The position numbers and the translations under genes are program-made. A DNA stretch of 64,000 nt from Wickerhamiella versatilis (taxonomy: Eukaryota). Below are positions 42,318-52,850 of this stretch, in pieces; position 1 is the first letter of the stretch, and each line of letters starts with the position of its first letter. The stretch lies in contig JAQOWU010000008.1 in the NCBI GenBank assembly GCA_030867685.1, positions 2,666,001-2,730,000 of the forward strand, written 5' to 3'. Below the pieces are notes generated by a model, which was not told the DNA's origin, searched no databases, and saw only the letters and a list, made by a program, of their open reading frames with translations.

Positions 42318-43811
42318 CTACCAGGCGGTCTCTACCCGATTTGGGAAGGTACAGCCTGGAAGTGCATTGGGCTTAATCGTTCGATTGGTATAGAAAATAC
42401 CATCAACATCGCGCCATGGTTGATCGAAAGCCTCTGACCAGTACCATTCAACGTTTAGTCCATGCGATGTCTCACATATCCACGTCTCGGCTAGGTTTTT
42501 ACGACTTCCGGCTGTCACATTTGTAAGTATTTGCCTTTGATTGAATGAAATTTCGTGGTCAATACTTTGGTATGGGTCGGTGGTGATTCCTTGAACCACG
42601 TCAGGTAGTTTCTTCATTTTGGGATCTGACCACTTTTCCATGGATTCGTCGAGTACGACATTGATTTCTGGATAACCTTCTCGGTCAAGGTATCCACGAA
42701 CATACTTATAGTATCCGGATAATGTTGGCACGTCGACGTGACCTAATTCCAGCGAATTGTGACCAAGGAATATAGCATTAATAGGAGCTTCTGGAAAGTG
42801 CTGAAGCACATCCCTTAGGTCATTCAGTTGTCTAAGGACATCTAACTCATCACCCTCTAGGGAAATACCCAGACTAATATTGAGGGGAAGTTGTAGATCG
42901 GTGATTGCATGTAAAACATAGTCAGCTTGATAACAGTCGGTGCTAAATAACCGGATGCGTCTAGTAATGCGCGACAACAATGCAATGTCCCGTGAAATAT
43001 CGCGTTGACTCGTGCCACAGACACCGTGAATTGAGAAATCTGGGGAGTAGTTCACACCTTGGTAGCTCAGCCATAAATGTGGAGATGACAATATTGGAGC
43101 GATTTCTGGATCTGTAGGTCCAATATAAGCATAATCTGGATCTCGCGGTCGGTACTGGATTGAGCTGAGTACAACCTCACCGGCAAGCATCATTTTTGCT
43201 TGGGTGGACCATGTTTTGCGGTTGGCTAGTAGATATATTAGTGCAATGAGGGTGGTGATACAAGCCACACTGAGCGCTACCACAACCCCAACCAAAGTTT
43301 TTCGCACTCTGTGGTCGTGATCGGCCCTTTCAGCCATTTTTACCGATGAAACTGGAGGAGTATTATCATGCTTAGATAGTTTCTCGGAGAACGCATAACC
43401 GTTGAGATCCAGGGAATCTTCGTCCTCCTCCTCATTATTATTTTTAAAACTACTCGCATATAAAGAGCGTAGACGGTCGCTTATCTCGCTACGAAGACGC
43501 TGTTTGATTCCTTTAGTGCGGGGCGAGGACGTATAGTTCTGTACTTCAGCACTGAGCTGTATATCACTGGGTTCACCAAACTGTATATCAAGTATGGGAC
43601 GATTTTGCCCCTTTTCATGTTCTTCAGGTAGCTCTTCCTGTGGTGGCAGAGTACTTCTTGGCAAAAGGGTTGATGCATGGGCATATTTACTCGCAATGGG
43701 TGTCTCTGTGTATTCTGTGTAGATGCTGGAGGAATCATCAGCCCTTATACCCTCGGGAAGCGGGGGTAGAGACCGTAGGTATTCCAGACGTGAGCCACGA
43801 GGTGTGCTCAT
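42318..43811 (-). CDS. Membrane-anchored GH17 beta-1,3-glucanase-like protein (BtgC-type), catalytic residues degenerate
   Basis: Disordered N-terminus, a single TM (LVGVVVALSVACITTLIALIYLL), then GVNYSP...C...DI..LS..T..IRLFSTDC.QA..VL.AI and C-terminal W..EAFDQPW. Confidence 0.75.
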   Translation of the reverse strand: MSTPRGSRLEYLRSLPPLPEGIRADDSSSIYTEYTETPIASKYAHASTLLPRSTLPPQEELPEEHEKGQNRPILDIQFGEPSDIQLSAEVQNYTSSPRTKGIKQRLRSEISDRLRSLYASSFKNNNEEEDEDSLDLNGYAFSEKLSKHDNTPPVSSVKMAERADHDHRVRKTLVGVVVALSVACITTLIALIYLLANRKTWSTQAKMMLAGEVVLSSIQYRPRDPDYAYIGPTDPEIAPILSSPHLWLSYQGVNYSPDFSIHGVCGTSQRDISRDIALLSRITRRIRLFSTDCYQADYVLHAITDLQLPLNISLGISLEGDELDVLRQLNDLRDVLQHFPEAPINAIFLGHNSLELGHVDVPTLSGYYKYVRGYLDREGYPEINVVLDESMEKWSDPKMKKLPDVVQGITTDPYQSIDHEISFNQRQILTNVTAGSRKNLAETWICETSHGLNVEWYWSEAFDQPWRDVDGIFYTNRTIKPNALPGCTFPNRVETAW

Positions 43812-44238
43812 GATACTGTCGATTGAGAAATCACTACTTGCCTCATTTAGAAGACATCGCCTGATTGACAGCCTGCTTAGGAAAGTTGGGTCAAATGGGG
43901 TTTCTTCCCAGGGATTAATTAGGCTATATATTCAACCTGGTAATAAATAATATCCTTTTAACTCTAAAATTTGGATTCAAATATTGACAAGGTCATCGTA
44001 AAATAATAGAAAGAAATTGGGGGCACAGAAAGCAATTTTTTGGGACAAAGGAATTAATTCGAATGAAAATACAATGCAATATTCGTTTAGAATGTCCCTC
44101 TATTCTCTGTTATGCCAACTAGTCAATCACCTTATTGACGCACTGTTTCACGTGATTACACTAGGCATCGTCCGAAGTGCCCTTACCCATTACGCGTTAT
44201 TGGGAGTGGAATCAAAACAAACCAGGAATAGCGGACGA

Positions 44239-47200
44239 ATGGCGGAGGGCTCACGCTACGTTTGGATTCCTGATGCCGAGAAGAGCTATGTCAAGGCACA
44301 GGCGCTCACAAGTGGTGATACTGTCGAATGTAGGCTACCAGATGGTACCATTGTCAAGGTGGACGCTAGTAAGGTGGATAGAGTGAATCCCGCGCAATTT
44401 GACCGGGCTAATGATATTGCAGAGCTCACTTATCTGAACGAGCCGTCGGTGATCAATAATATTGCTAGTCGTTATGCTTCAGATCTCATCTATACCTATT
44501 CAGGGCTATTTCTTGTCGCGGTCAATCCGTATCGTTCACTCCCTATATACGGTAAAGATGTGATACCAGACTTTAAGAACAAGAAGCGGGATGAGGCGCC
44601 GCCACATATATTTGCTGTGGCAGATCAAGCTTTCCGTCAGATGCTTGAATCCAAGGAGAGTCAAAGTATTTTAATTACTGGTGAGAGTGGGGCAGGTAAA
44701 ACTGAAAATACCAAGAAAGCCATTCAGTTTTTGAGCGCGGTTACAGGTGCGTCGCATTCAGCACGGTCTATTGACCAACGTATATTGCAAACTAATCCCG
44801 TGCTGGAGTCCTTTGGCAACGCACAGACGATTCGAAACTCCAACTCATCTCGATTTGGCAAGTTTATTCGCATCGAGTTCGGAACAAGTGGTGGTACAAT
44901 CAGTGGTGCATCAATAGAATGGTATCTTTTAGAGAAGTCTCGGGTCATCACCCAAGCATCAGAAGAGCGGAATTACCATGTATTTTACCAACTTCTTGCT
45001 GGTGCAGATGACAAGCTCAAGGAACGTCTACTGATCCCAAGTGATGCCAAGGCGGCCGACTTCGCATATCTTCGGAACTCCACGCCGTTGATTCAGGGTG
45101 TTAATGATGCGGAGCAATTCAAGGCCCTTGTCAACGCTTTCGAAATTACAGGTTTTGGCAAAAAGGAAATTGAACAGATTTTCGAAGTCATTGCTACGGT
45201 ATTGCATCTGGGTAACATCGAGTTTGCCCCAGAGTCGGCTGATCAAGGGCGTATAGTCAACCGGAGTCAAGTAGAGTGGGCGTGTAATCTTCTTGGTGTT
45301 TCGCCAGAACACTTTTCGAAGGCTCTGCTGAAGCCGCGGGTACGCGCTGGCCGTGAATTTCTGATGCAGAGTCGCACAGCTGCACAAGCACAGTTCTCGG
45401 TTGATGCCTTGGCCAAGGCATTGTACGAAAGACTTTTTGGCTACATAGTGGAGCAGTTAAATCAACTTCTTCGCCAGAATGACTCACTTCCATCATCATT
45501 TATCGGTGTGCTTGATATTGCTGGTTTCGAAATATTCAAGACTAATAGTTTTGAACAGTTATGTATCAATTATACAAACGAAAAGCTACAGCAATTCTTT
45601 AACCACCACACATTTGTTCTTGAGCAAGAAGAATATGTTAAGGAACAAATTGACTGGGAATATGTGGACTTTGGCAATGATCTTCAGCCCACCATTGATC
45701 TTATAGAACGGGCGAAGCCCATGGGTATCTTTAGCTGCTTGGATGAGGATTCCGTGATGCCTAGGGCTACCGATGATTCCTTCACGGAAAAGTTGACAGA
45801 AAGATGGACAGGGAAGAATCCTAAATTTACTCCAGCGCGCATAGGGAATGGATTCGTAATTAGCCATTATGCTGGAGATGTTGCGTATTCAACTGAAGGC
45901 TGGCTTGATAAGAACAAGGATCCCCTGCCCGAGCCAGTTTTGGAACTTCTCGTCGGCTCTTCTAATAAGCTCATAGCTCAGCTTTTTGGTTCTGAGCAGG
46001 CGACAATCGAAGCTGCTGCCAACACAAAGCGTGGCAAATTCCGAACAGTAGCCCAGCGCCATAAGGAGCAACTCACGAATTTAATGAATCAACTGGAAAG
46101 TACGCATCCCCACTTTGTACGATGCATAATTCCCAACAAACGAAGATTACCCAAATCGTTTGATAACGCCCTTGTTCTTGACCAGTTGCGATGTAACGGG
46201 GTATTGGAGGGTATTCGTATAGCCCGCCGTGGGTACCCAAATCGTTTGGAATTTCAAGAGTTTCGAAAACGATATCATTCGTTGGTTAAGGGCGCTTTGG
46301 GTAGCGATAATCAACGGGTCTGTGCCCAGATTTTATCCGAGTTGCACCTGGATCCGACTTCCTATAAGGTTGGTCTTACGAAAGTTTTTTTCCGTGGTGG
46401 TGTCCTTGCGGAACTTGAAGAGAAGGTTGAAAAGCTTGTGAGAGAGCAAATATTGGCCACACAAACAATTGTGAGGGCTACACTCTCGCGACGTAAGTAT
46501 CGTAGAGCTCTACATCGTCAACAAGCAGCAAGGCTACTAGCTTCTCGTATAAAAGTATCAAACCAAGTACAACATGACCCATGGTGGAGACTTGTAGCTG
46601 CTATGAGGCCCATGTTTGAATCCAAAGAGACTCTTGACAATAACAGAAAAGACATAAGGATGCAGAAAATGGAGAATAGTATGCGCGAGCTTCGAGAAGA
46701 ACTTTTGCAGCTGAAATCGAAGAACCAGGATCTAAGGTCTAAAGTGGCTGACTCGGACAGGAGCAACGACCAAGCCCAGAAGCAGATCTCTGATCAACAA
46801 AAGAGTTTAGATCGTGCTCAAAAGCAAGCTTCGGTATCTGAACAAGCACTTGAAAAGTCCCAATCAGAACTTGCAAATTTGAGGAATTTGTTGGCGGAGA
46901 AGTCTGATGAAGCTCAAACTTTCCGCAACGAAGCAGAAGAGATGCGGGGCCAGGTTGCTGAAATTGAAGCCATTCGAGAGCGTTCAAATGCAGCGCAGGC
47001 GCTTCGTAAAGAACTAGACGCTGCTAGAACTCAGAACTCAGAGCACGCAGCGAGACATAAAGAACTCACGAAGGATAACGGGCGTTTGAAAGATCAATTG
47101 AAGGCGCTCGCTGCTGTGAAGGTTGAGCACGAATCGCTCGCAAAGGAGTTTGAGGCTGCTAAGAGTGGTTGGGCCGAGCGTCTTGCAGCCTCAGAGGCAA

Positions 47201-49134
47201 AAGCATCCACTGATTCTGGTCTACAGGACAAACTGAAAGCTGCCGAGGGGCGTATAAATGCCCTAGAGAAGGAACTGACTGCCGCGAAAACTGATACAAC
47301 AGAGCAGCAGAAATTGCGAACGGAAATCCAGGCTGGCAAGACATTGCACCAACAGGTTTCGACTCGCGCATCAGAACTCGCTAAGGAGAATTCAGAACTC
47401 CAGAATCAAGTTACGAAACTGCAGAATGAGGTTGCTGAGCAAAAGGATCAGTACGAGAAGCTTATGTCCGAGTATACAGCGACCCTGAAAGATCAAACTT
47501 GTCGAGGCGGGAAGCTAGCATCAATGGAGAAGGAATTGAATGCCATGAGGGAAAGAATGAAGGAACAGGATGCACTTGTCCCCATGCTCACCCAACCTAT
47601 GTCCAGGCACTCAGTACCCGCTTCACTGCAGATCAACGTGCCTCCTCGTCCTGCTGCAAATGTACAATCCCTGCCTCATTCTTCTCAGGGCCAAACCTCG
47701 GCTCCTTCACCATTCCATACCAATCTAAGCCCACGTGGTCGCGGAAAACCTCTGCCTTCTTCTAAGAGCGATTTGGAGCAGGCATTATCAGACCGTCAGC
47801 GTGAGATAGTGACAGCAACCTCAAAGATTGCTCAGCTGGAGCAGGAGCTGGAGGCTGTCAGACATGAGCTCGCTGATGCGGCACTACTTCGACCAAAACT
47901 AGAGAAGGTTCAACGCGAAAAGGCACAACTCGTCAATGAGCGATCAAAGCTTATGTTTAGCAGCCATGAAAAGCTTGGTGCAGGTAAGAGCCTTGATATA
48001 GATCGGGCAACTTCTGATGAAGTCAAGAAGCTGCAAAGTGAACTCAAGATACTCAAGCTCCGTCTTGTTAAGGCAGAACGTGATGAACAAGAAGCACGTG
48101 CTCGAGCAGAAGGATTAGAAACTGTTGAAAGCCTTCAGCAACAACTTAGGGCTCTGAGACTAGCAAATGAGCATCTGCGAGATCAAATACCACAGCAGCG
48201 ACAGAGTTCTGGTCAGTATTCTAGCCACCCTGATGTTGGTATGCACAAAGGACTTGACGCTCCTCAGTTAGTCGTGCGCAAACGTGATGTTGGACGAGCT
48301 TTACGAGTTATTTCCAATGACCGTCGAGTTTCTGAGTCACAGATTAGGGCCGGTCCAGTTGCTTCGGCAGATGTTGAGGATTCACTCAATTTCTACCGAT
48401 CACGCGCCAACGAGATCCATAAAAAGCTCGAGAATGCTGAACTTGTTGTGCAGGCTGCAAAGCGAGCAGAGGACAGCGCAATAGAGCAGCTCAACAAAAT
48501 GCGTGAACGCTATGATCAGATGGATGCGGTTCACCAACAAGACATTATGAGCCTAAGGAGGACCATATCCTCTCTTCAATCAGAATTAGCAGAGAAGGAT
48601 ATGACCGTTGCCACAAGCGAAGAGAGCGAGAAGAGAGTCCGTATGATGGAGTCTAAGCTTGTTGCGCTCCAAACCACCCTAGACGAGGTATCTCAAGAAC
48701 GTGACAGGCTCAGTGGAGACAAGCATAAGCTGGAGAGACGCTTGAGCACGAGTTGGTCGCTTGATACCTCGGCTAATGACGGTGAAAAGGGCATGGGCCC
48801 TCGAGGACTTCGGGATCAACTGGCCAAGGCTAAGGTTGACTTAAATACGCAATACCGCGTGGCATCAGATCTCAAATGGCAAATCGAACGTAAGGAGCGC
48901 TATGCTGAACAGCTCAAACGATCCTTAAAAGACAGTGATTCTCGAATCGAGCAAATTCGTGAGCACCTAGATCGTGTCCAGGCATCTGAATCTGCCAAGG
49001 ATGTAGCGTTGCGCCGGGCAACACGTGAGATCAGTGGGCTTCGTGAAGAAGTACTACTCAGGAAGAGTGATCTTGAGACCATAAGGACGCGTATGCAGAG
49101 ACCACAGTCTGTGCCTGGGCGTGCCTTTGTATAA
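44239..49134 (+). CDS. MYO1: Type II myosin heavy chain
   Basis: NPAQFD, GESGAGKTENTK, NSSRFGKF, LDIAGFE, CNGVLEGIRI, IQ region and a long coiled-coil tail. Likely start MAEGSRYVW. Confidence 0.95.
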   Translation: MAEGSRYVWIPDAEKSYVKAQALTSGDTVECRLPDGTIVKVDASKVDRVNPAQFDRANDIAELTYLNEPSVINNIASRYASDLIYTYSGLFLVAVNPYRSLPIYGKDVIPDFKNKKRDEAPPHIFAVADQAFRQMLESKESQSILITGESGAGKTENTKKAIQFLSAVTGASHSARSIDQRILQTNPVLESFGNAQTIRNSNSSRFGKFIRIEFGTSGGTISGASIEWYLLEKSRVITQASEERNYHVFYQLLAGADDKLKERLLIPSDAKAADFAYLRNSTPLIQGVNDAEQFKALVNAFEITGFGKKEIEQIFEVIATVLHLGNIEFAPESADQGRIVNRSQVEWACNLLGVSPEHFSKALLKPRVRAGREFLMQSRTAAQAQFSVDALAKALYERLFGYIVEQLNQLLRQNDSLPSSFIGVLDIAGFEIFKTNSFEQLCINYTNEKLQQFFNHHTFVLEQEEYVKEQIDWEYVDFGNDLQPTIDLIERAKPMGIFSCLDEDSVMPRATDDSFTEKLTERWTGKNPKFTPARIGNGFVISHYAGDVAYSTEGWLDKNKDPLPEPVLELLVGSSNKLIAQLFGSEQATIEAAANTKRGKFRTVAQRHKEQLTNLMNQLESTHPHFVRCIIPNKRRLPKSFDNALVLDQLRCNGVLEGIRIARRGYPNRLEFQEFRKRYHSLVKGALGSDNQRVCAQILSELHLDPTSYKVGLTKVFFRGGVLAELEEKVEKLVREQILATQTIVRATLSRRKYRRALHRQQAARLLASRIKVSNQVQHDPWWRLVAAMRPMFESKETLDNNRKDIRMQKMENSMRELREELLQLKSKNQDLRSKVADSDRSNDQAQKQISDQQKSLDRAQKQASVSEQALEKSQSELANLRNLLAEKSDEAQTFRNEAEEMRGQVAEIEAIRERSNAAQALRKELDAARTQNSEHAARHKELTKDNGRLKDQLKALAAVKVEHESLAKEFEAAKSGWAERLAASEAKASTDSGLQDKLKAAEGRINALEKELTAAKTDTTEQQKLRTEIQAGKTLHQQVSTRASELAKENSELQNQVTKLQNEVAEQKDQYEKLMSEYTATLKDQTCRGGKLASMEKELNAMRERMKEQDALVPMLTQPMSRHSVPASLQINVPPRPAANVQSLPHSSQGQTSAPSPFHTNLSPRGRGKPLPSSKSDLEQALSDRQREIVTATSKIAQLEQELEAVRHELADAALLRPKLEKVQREKAQLVNERSKLMFSSHEKLGAGKSLDIDRATSDEVKKLQSELKILKLRLVKAERDEQEARARAEGLETVESLQQQLRALRLANEHLRDQIPQQRQSSGQYSSHPDVGMHKGLDAPQLVVRKRDVGRALRVISNDRRVSESQIRAGPVASADVEDSLNFYRSRANEIHKKLENAELVVQAAKRAEDSAIEQLNKMRERYDQMDAVHQQDIMSLRRTISSLQSELAEKDMTVATSEESEKRVRMMESKLVALQTTLDEVSQERDRLSGDKHKLERRLSTSWSLDTSANDGEKGMGPRGLRDQLAKAKVDLNTQYRVASDLKWQIERKERYAEQLKRSLKDSDSRIEQIREHLDRVQASESAKDVALRRATREISGLREEVLLRKSDLETIRTRMQRPQSVPGRAFV

Positions 49135-49280
49135 TATTATCTTGTGATTTGATACATCATATTAATACCAAGTAAAGCTAGTCAACTAATATGGGTTAAT
49201 TTTATGCTAGCCTTGAAAACTTAAAACCAAGTTCTAGAACCAGGTAGTATAGTCCCAGCTATGCCAGGCTTAGGCCACAT

Positions 49281-50123
49281 TTAGCCATCAAGTTCTGCAC
49301 GAGTTAATGTCGTGGATGGGTAAGTGATGCGTGGATTTACTGGTAAGTAATGGTCAAGCAACAGATTCTGAGCTAGCGAAAAAACGTTAGAAACGAGCCA
49401 GTAGAGATCAATAGCGACCGGCGCCTGAAATGCCATGGCCATAAAAAAAAGCGAACCTAGTCGGGAAAGATTTGCGAGGGCCAACGATGCTGAGGGTCCT
49501 TGTTTCGCACTTGCTGGTATCATGGCCGCATTAAGCTCAACATTCGTTAGCGCAGCAGCGCCAACAGCAAGTGGTAAAACGCCGTAAGGATCTGGCTGCA
49601 CTAGTGAAGGACACCAACCAAAACCATCTTCAATAAACTGAGGATTAGTGTCTATTCCATCAAGCACAGCCCAGCCACACATGGCTCGTATGGTCAGCGA
49701 CATGGCAATAAATAACGGGATTTGCACACATGGGAGGGCAAGGATCTTCCATTGCTGGCATTTTAGACGTTTAAATAGCTCGACCCGGCGCCGGCGCCGT
49801 TCTTTTGTTGCCAGGGCTATGATCTGTTGACTGGTGAGATTAGACTGTCCACGAGTCACACTTTGGGCGAGTTGCGCCTTCAGAACGGGTACCATGGCCG
49901 ATAACAACGGCTGAACGGAAGCCTGCTTCCTGAGGCGGAGGCGATTCATCACTGCCAGTGGAAAAGTCATACAAAGACGAAATCCCAACGCCGTCACCGG
50001 AATCAATACCGGCCAACTCAAGCCAGTAAAACCATGCAATCCAACTAAAAAATCATGCACTGGCACAAGTGTAGCCCCGCTGAAAAATCTACGACCTAAG
50101 GCAGCCTGTCCGCCTCGAAGCAT
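49281..50123 (-). CDS. COX18: Mitochondrial inner-membrane insertase Cox18 (Oxa1/YidC family)
   Basis: Presequence, LHGFTGLSW..LIP, ERRRRR..LFK...C, QIPLFI, DPYG.LP and LYWL.S..FSL.QN. Confidence 0.88.
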   Translation of the reverse strand: MLRGGQAALGRRFFSGATLVPVHDFLVGLHGFTGLSWPVLIPVTALGFRLCMTFPLAVMNRLRLRKQASVQPLLSAMVPVLKAQLAQSVTRGQSNLTSQQIIALATKERRRRRVELFKRLKCQQWKILALPCVQIPLFIAMSLTIRAMCGWAVLDGIDTNPQFIEDGFGWCPSLVQPDPYGVLPLAVGAAALTNVELNAAMIPASAKQGPSASLALANLSRLGSLFFMAMAFQAPVAIDLYWLVSNVFSLAQNLLLDHYLPVNPRITYPSTTLTRAELDG

Positions 50124-50159
50124 GTCAGCAGTGGGAAAAAAGTGTGAAAGGTTGATTTT

Positions 50160-51218
50160 CTAGTCTAATGGCAGGACTGAAGCTCCCTCTGCTGGTGAAA
50201 GTAGCTTCCAATCCGCCTTAACTCCTTCTCGCTTAAAAACTTCAATTATATCCTTTGCAATTTCTTCGAAATTTTCTGTGGCAAGGGCAAGGACAGTGGG
50301 TCCCGCACCACTAAGACACACCCCGACCATGCCAGGTTGTGTACGGGGCGTCATGCTACCCAGGATCTCTGCAAGGCCAGGTACCAAAATTTTACGATAG
50401 CGCTGGTGGATTCGGTCTTGCATTGCAAAATATATTAGTTCCTTATTGATAGGCGTCTGGCCAAGGGCGGAGGTGAGCAATGCAACCCGTTGCAAATTAT
50501 ATACAGCATCCTGGCGTGTGTATGCATCCGGCAAAACATCACGGGACTTCGCAGTGCTAACTTCAAAGTCTGGAATCACGCAAATAGCCCGGAGTTCTGG
50601 TGCAATAGAATACTGAAGACGATGTGATATACCTATCGGCGGCTCAGGAGGAGAGAGACCAGTATCCACTCCCCCAGAAAGTTGTGGGAGGACCTCTGCG
50701 ACTGGAATTTCCACGCGCTCGAGCTCAACGCCGGATAATTCTCGGAGAAATGAGCCCACAAAACCACCAAACATGGCAGCAGCCACATTGTCAGGATGCC
50801 GTTCGATCATGAGGCAGAAGTCCATCATTCTACCTTTATCCAGACCCAGCTGGCCGACCTCGTTAGCCAGCACTACACCAGCAACTACGGCAGCCCCCGA
50901 GGATCCAAGACCCCGGCCAAGCGGGATATCATTATGGATGTGAACATTCGTACCTATGGGGAACAGACGAACACCGTTACATCTAAGGACGTATAGTGCG
51001 GTACGTGTAATGAGGTTCTCGCCTGCATTGGTTGGAACTTCCTCTTGGCCTAATCCTGAGGCGGAAATCGTACAGTTGAAAGGGCTTGATGGCTTCACAT
51101 TATCAGCATCAATTTTCACATCAACAATGAGATAGAGCGAAAGTGCAATACCCAGAACATCAAAACCAGAGCCAAGGTTGGCGCTGGATGCTGGTGCTTT
51201 AATTCTGAATTGACGCAT
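50160..51218 (-). CDS. THR1: Homoserine kinase
   Basis: PASSANLG.GFDVLG, IPLGRGLGSSG, ERHPDN, DRIHQ.YR and LSGAGPT. Confidence 0.97.
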   Translation of the reverse strand: MRQFRIKAPASSANLGSGFDVLGIALSLYLIVDVKIDADNVKPSSPFNCTISASGLGQEEVPTNAGENLITRTALYVLRCNGVRLFPIGTNVHIHNDIPLGRGLGSSGAAVVAGVVLANEVGQLGLDKGRMMDFCLMIERHPDNVAAAMFGGFVGSFLRELSGVELERVEIPVAEVLPQLSGGVDTGLSPPEPPIGISHRLQYSIAPELRAICVIPDFEVSTAKSRDVLPDAYTRQDAVYNLQRVALLTSALGQTPINKELIYFAMQDRIHQRYRKILVPGLAEILGSMTPRTQPGMVGVCLSGAGPTVLALATENFEEIAKDIIEVFKREGVKADWKLLSPAEGASVLPLD

Positions 51219-51248
51219 GAGTCAGTGACAAAAAAAAGTCCTGAGTCA
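51218..51248. promoter_or_regulatory. Two Gcn4 response elements (TGAGTCA/TGACTCA) at THR1
   Basis: TGAGTCA at 51218-51224 (shares a base with the ATG) and at 51242-51248, next to an amino-acid biosynthetic gene. Confidence 0.65.
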
Positions 51249-51394
51249 CCCTCTTGTTTATGACTGGAGATGGTGCATGGTCATATTCTTCATGAAAGTA
51301 TAATCAATCATAATTAGGAAACCACATAGCTTAATTTATTGAGTCGTAGAAGTCCTGGCTTTCTTATACCTCCAGTTGCCAGAGCTCTGTCAGC

Positions 51395-52657
51395 ATGATC
51401 ACGGGACTCAGCGCCTACCTCCGCTCCCATCGGCTGGCCGTCAAAACAGATCTTACCGGTTCTGTCATAGGGGTTGCTGCCGAATATCTGGTTGGTGATG
51501 TTGCGGCAAAAGTGATGGAGGTGGCGCGGACCGTCGGCTTTCGGTTAGTGGTAGTGTTCGATGGACCTGGTCGTCTAACTAGCAGCCCGCTTGATGGGCT
51601 GGCAGCTAGGCGTCTAAGAGACTATCTCGACGAAAAGAAAGTACATGTTGTAGTTGCACCTAGCTTGGCTGCTGCTCAATTAATATATCTTTACGAGCAG
51701 GGTTTCGTTTCTCATGTGGCAGGCACTGATGAAGTGTTGCTCTTTGGCGACGCTCCTCTTGTCATTGATCTCGAGCAAGAAGTTGCTCACGTTTTGCAGC
51801 GTAGTAGTCTTCTTGCAATGCTGGGCCTCCCCGAGCCGAAGCTTGTAGAAGTTGCGTTAGCCGCTGGTACGTCCAGCCTGCTACCTGAAACGTTTGCCAT
51901 GCTGGACAACTACATGAATCCCATAGAATCTGCAGCTCAGATCTTTCAATTAAGTGGTAGCCTGCTTAGAGCTGCTGCCTCCTTTGACCCGAATTACTTT
52001 GAGCGCTTCCAACGGGCCCTGTGTGCCGTGGCGTTTCAACCTATACTTTCTGCCGATGGTGCGGTCCAGTTAACAAATAAAATAGGCCTTCCACTACCCC
52101 GGGACCTTCATGAAGTTTTGGGGAGGAGACTGCCCGATCTTTGTTACTGGTATTTGCAGAAGGGATTGATGGGAACCGAGCTCCTCGCTGCTGCGCAGTG
52201 GGGATGGCTGGATGATGATCCACACTTTTCTGTGGCTAATGCACCGGCTTATGCAGAACTACAGCGCCTACTTTTGCCGCTGCGCCAACAATCTTTGGCT
52301 CTGACTGTGCAGCCCCTGCACCGCTATTTCAGCGTAAAAGATATCGAGTCTCATATCCCGGGAATCCCCACTCTCCATAGGGTTGCTCCACAGCTACCCT
52401 CAACTGCAGAAACTGATCCTGCGGCAATTGCAAGCCTCTTGGTGGCCAACGCATCAGCTGTCCTTGGTGAGGACAAGGCTACACCAGACCTACCGAAAAA
52501 ACTAGCCTCTCAAGTTGGTGGGGATCAGAGATTGACAGATGATGCTCAACTAGCGTTGCGTGAATATGTCGAAGCGGCCTTGTATTCTCTCATGGAAAAT
52601 GGACATACCTCACGAGACCTGGACACCAGGGCTTTCTTAGATGCAATACCTTGGTAG
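51395..52657 (+). CDS. MKT1: Mkt1-like post-transcriptional regulator (XPG/PIN-like fold), shortened
   Basis: VVVFDG, VVAP..AAAQLIYL and P.DLHEVLGRRLP..Y.Y..KGL. Confidence 0.75.
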   Translation: MITGLSAYLRSHRLAVKTDLTGSVIGVAAEYLVGDVAAKVMEVARTVGFRLVVVFDGPGRLTSSPLDGLAARRLRDYLDEKKVHVVVAPSLAAAQLIYLYEQGFVSHVAGTDEVLLFGDAPLVIDLEQEVAHVLQRSSLLAMLGLPEPKLVEVALAAGTSSLLPETFAMLDNYMNPIESAAQIFQLSGSLLRAAASFDPNYFERFQRALCAVAFQPILSADGAVQLTNKIGLPLPRDLHEVLGRRLPDLCYWYLQKGLMGTELLAAAQWGWLDDDPHFSVANAPAYAELQRLLLPLRQQSLALTVQPLHRYFSVKDIESHIPGIPTLHRVAPQLPSTAETDPAAIASLLVANASAVLGEDKATPDLPKKLASQVGGDQRLTDDAQLALREYVEAALYSLMENGHTSRDLDTRAFLDAIPW

Positions 52658-52850
52658 AAACCAAAGTAAAAAAGAATAGCAACTCTTTTAGGCTAATACA
52701 TACTTGTCCACGTATATATATATTACACAAGGGAAAAAAAAGCTAGGAGATAGCCTTCTTTTCCCGTGGAAACCGTACGTACTTCCTTATTCCACATCAC
52801 TGAGATGCCTAGGCTTAACTAAAATAAATTAAGTGTTGAGAGGGTTTGCA

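Noticed and set aside
44017-44238. In-frame N-terminal extension of myosin II (TTG 44017, ATG 44074)
   Set aside because: The sequence is AT-rich and promoter-like with no myosin similarity; homology starts at MAEGSRYVW (44239).
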